Translations under genes and position numbers: made by a program
NCBI GenBank assembly: GCA_030704615.1
Contig: CM060733.1
Coordinates: 58,900,001-58,964,000, forward strand
DNA from: Takakia lepidozioides
Lineage: Eukaryota > Plantae > Bryophyta
Length of the DNA: 64,000 bases
Direction of reading: 5' to 3'
Shown here: positions 61,944 through 64,000 of the stretch, piece after piece
Position numbering within the stretch: the stretch's first letter is position 1
Layout of the letters: each line of letters starts with the position of its first letter
The notes under the pieces: model-generated
Seen by the model: only the letters and a program-made list of their open reading frames with translations
The model's database searches: none
Told to the model about the DNA's origin: nothing

Positions 61944-63340
61944 TCAAAGAACAACTCGCCACTCTGGCTCCTCACTGAAAGCTGAATACATGGAATCCAG
62001 GGGGTCTGGGTACAGTTTCTCGACATCACCCAGTCCTAACAAAGACAACTCTGAAATCATGTCAATGGCTTTTGCCAGTTCTGCACTGTCTGTTGTGTCT
62101 TCCTCTATGATTTGCATAATGTCCTCATCTTGCAGCCTGATTTCGTACTTCGCTTCTGGGTCTGGGTGAGGGCTCATCTGACACGCTGATGGAGCAGAGA
62201 CAAAGGAAGGAAACCATTGATGCCATAGCCTCTGAAGGCACCACGGGCCAGACAGTAGCTAACCAGCTCACGCCAATTGTCATCTTTTGAGAGGACTAGT
62301 GGGTGGCCCACAACCACCAGCATTGCCTGCACCAGGATGAGATATGAATAAATGTCAAGGGAAAGCAAACGGAAGCTGAAGAGAGTGAGAGATTGTTCTT
62401 AGCTCTTCCCCTCTACTTTCTTCCTTTGGGGTCATGCTGAGTGAATTCAGTGATTCCTGAGGTGAGGGAGTTAAGACTGTATCATTAATGAGGAAAACAT
62501 CGACCAGAAGCACTACTTAAAAGGGGCAAAGCTACTGCCATCACCAGAATGTCCCACAAGGACACAAAAGATCAGAGACTCTCAAGTCAGCTGTGATCCA
62601 AGTCTGATGTGGAAGTCATTTTAAGTTGGGGCTTCCTGTGCAATGAGATACTGACTCAATAGGTGGGTGAGCAAAAGTAGAGATATTATTCTGACCTTAG
62701 CACGTGTGATGGCGACATTAAATCGCTTCGCATTACCCAAGAATCCAATGTGGTTCTGGACACCAGCCCCTGTGCGTATCCCCTTTAATGAATCTGGTCT
62801 TGTCAACACAGTGGTGATAAATATAATCTTCTCCTCTTGCCCCTGCCACCACATCCTTTCCAACAAAATCAGAAGTGTACAGATTTTGAGTACAAAGGTT
62901 CAGGTACAAGACCTAATTTTCCGGCCTCCAGGTCCTTCCTTTTACTCTTCATTGGAGCATGCCTGAGACAACCGTATAACCATCCTGGTGAGGATATCAA
63001 GATAAATAAGGGGTTTGTACCTGATAGTCATCAACAGTTCCAACTCGAACTGCCCTCAATCCTCTGGCTCGCAACAGCAAGCGCAGTTTCTGAACCTGTA
63101 GCGTTACACCAGTGTCCTTCAGAGTTCATGGGTACCCTAAGCAGTCAATTTGCACTGTCACATGGCAGTTTGAATCTGGACCTAGAAAAGCCTGAACTGC
63201 GGGTTCACCACAAAACATTACAGAGATGAGTAGCCTTACCTGCCTACGGTATGGTGCCATGACACCAATGTCCTCTTTGCTCACATGTGGGTGCTTAAGC
63301 AAGCCAACAATCAGATCCACCACTTTTGCTGCCTCAACTG
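61944..63340 (-). CDS. 3' exons of a MOV10/SDE3-type UPF1-like SF1 RNA helicase; 5' part outside the window, frame break near 62200
   Basis: DIGVMAPYRRQ|VQKLR, VRVGTVDDYQ|GQEEKIIFITTV, GFLGNAKRFNVAITRAK|AMLVVVGHPLVLSKDDNWREL and terminal EEPEWRVVL*. Confidence 0.85.
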
Positions 63341-64000
63341 CACATCACGATAAACTGAGTCTTCTCTCTTTTTACTTCCCCACTTCTCTCTCTTTTGGGG
63401 AGGGAAGGGACAGCCGAAACGAAGTGCATGAAAAACATTACAAGCCAATGAATGCGGACCCTGGCAGGCCAGCAGGCTTCTCTCTTATGCATTGTCCCTT
63501 TGGCCCTCAGGGGCCCCTGTGAACAGTATACAGTTCTTGTTTCATCTTTTTCTTTTTTCCTCTCTTTTTGATTGCTAGTATGACCTGTTGCAGGGATGAC
63601 ATTGATAACAAATGTGAAGTGGTTTAAGCCTGGGTTCCACAGAGTCTTCCATGGATGTGATAAACTTCCCCTCCTCTGTAGGCACTCCAGATCAAACTTC
63701 ATGGGTGTAACCATGATCATCACCTTGCCATCTCTGTGAGCAACCGGAGCAGCTTCATTCATCCAAGCAAACCAAAGGTAGGTGATTGAACTAACCGGCA
63801 TCAAAGAAAATCCAACCACACAAAACGACCCAAGAGGCAGAAGGCCCCACCTGACCTCCAAAGCCCAAAGGTGGACTGAGACTTGCTGTGACTATACCAC
63901 ATAAGGACCTGGCACAGCCACCTCTTACTGTGTTCTCACAGCCAGTGAGAGAAAAAACAGCAGTTGCAACCAAGGCATAGGGTGGGAAGTAGATGTAGTG

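Overview
Eukaryotic nuclear DNA from a land plant, probably a non-seed plant such as a bryophyte or lycophyte (inferred from gene content, GT-AG introns and TE types). The left ~38.9 kb is nested, mostly decayed transposons. A large CACTA/En-Spm element (right TIR ends at 16615, left end outside the window) has TnpD and TnpA arranged head-to-head and carries an unrecognised cargo ORF. A tail-less non-LTR retrotransposon with a 15-bp TSD sits in a TnpA intron. There are also LTR/Gypsy remnants, a hAT MITE and a non-autonomous piggyBac-type element (TTAA plus perfect 16-bp TIRs). Several arrays of GC-rich palindromes with AT-rich spacers occur, and two are split mid-repeat by scarless mosaic inserts. 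The right ~25 kb holds host genes: BET3, a two-domain Kazal-type inhibitor, a 2OG-Fe(II) dioxygenase, NPH3, CSP41b/CRB and the 3' part of a MOV10/SDE3-type helicase. It also contains a mosaic block (Gypsy integrase and ACINUS RSB fragments) and two same-orientation ends of a second piggyBac-type family. The strongest novelty candidates are piggyBac-type elements in a land plant (possibly marking a ~12-kb inversion), the repeat arrays that took up foreign fragments at the same TGCGA position, and the divergent CACTA layout with unknown cargo. Family assignments rest on recalled motifs; no database searches were run.
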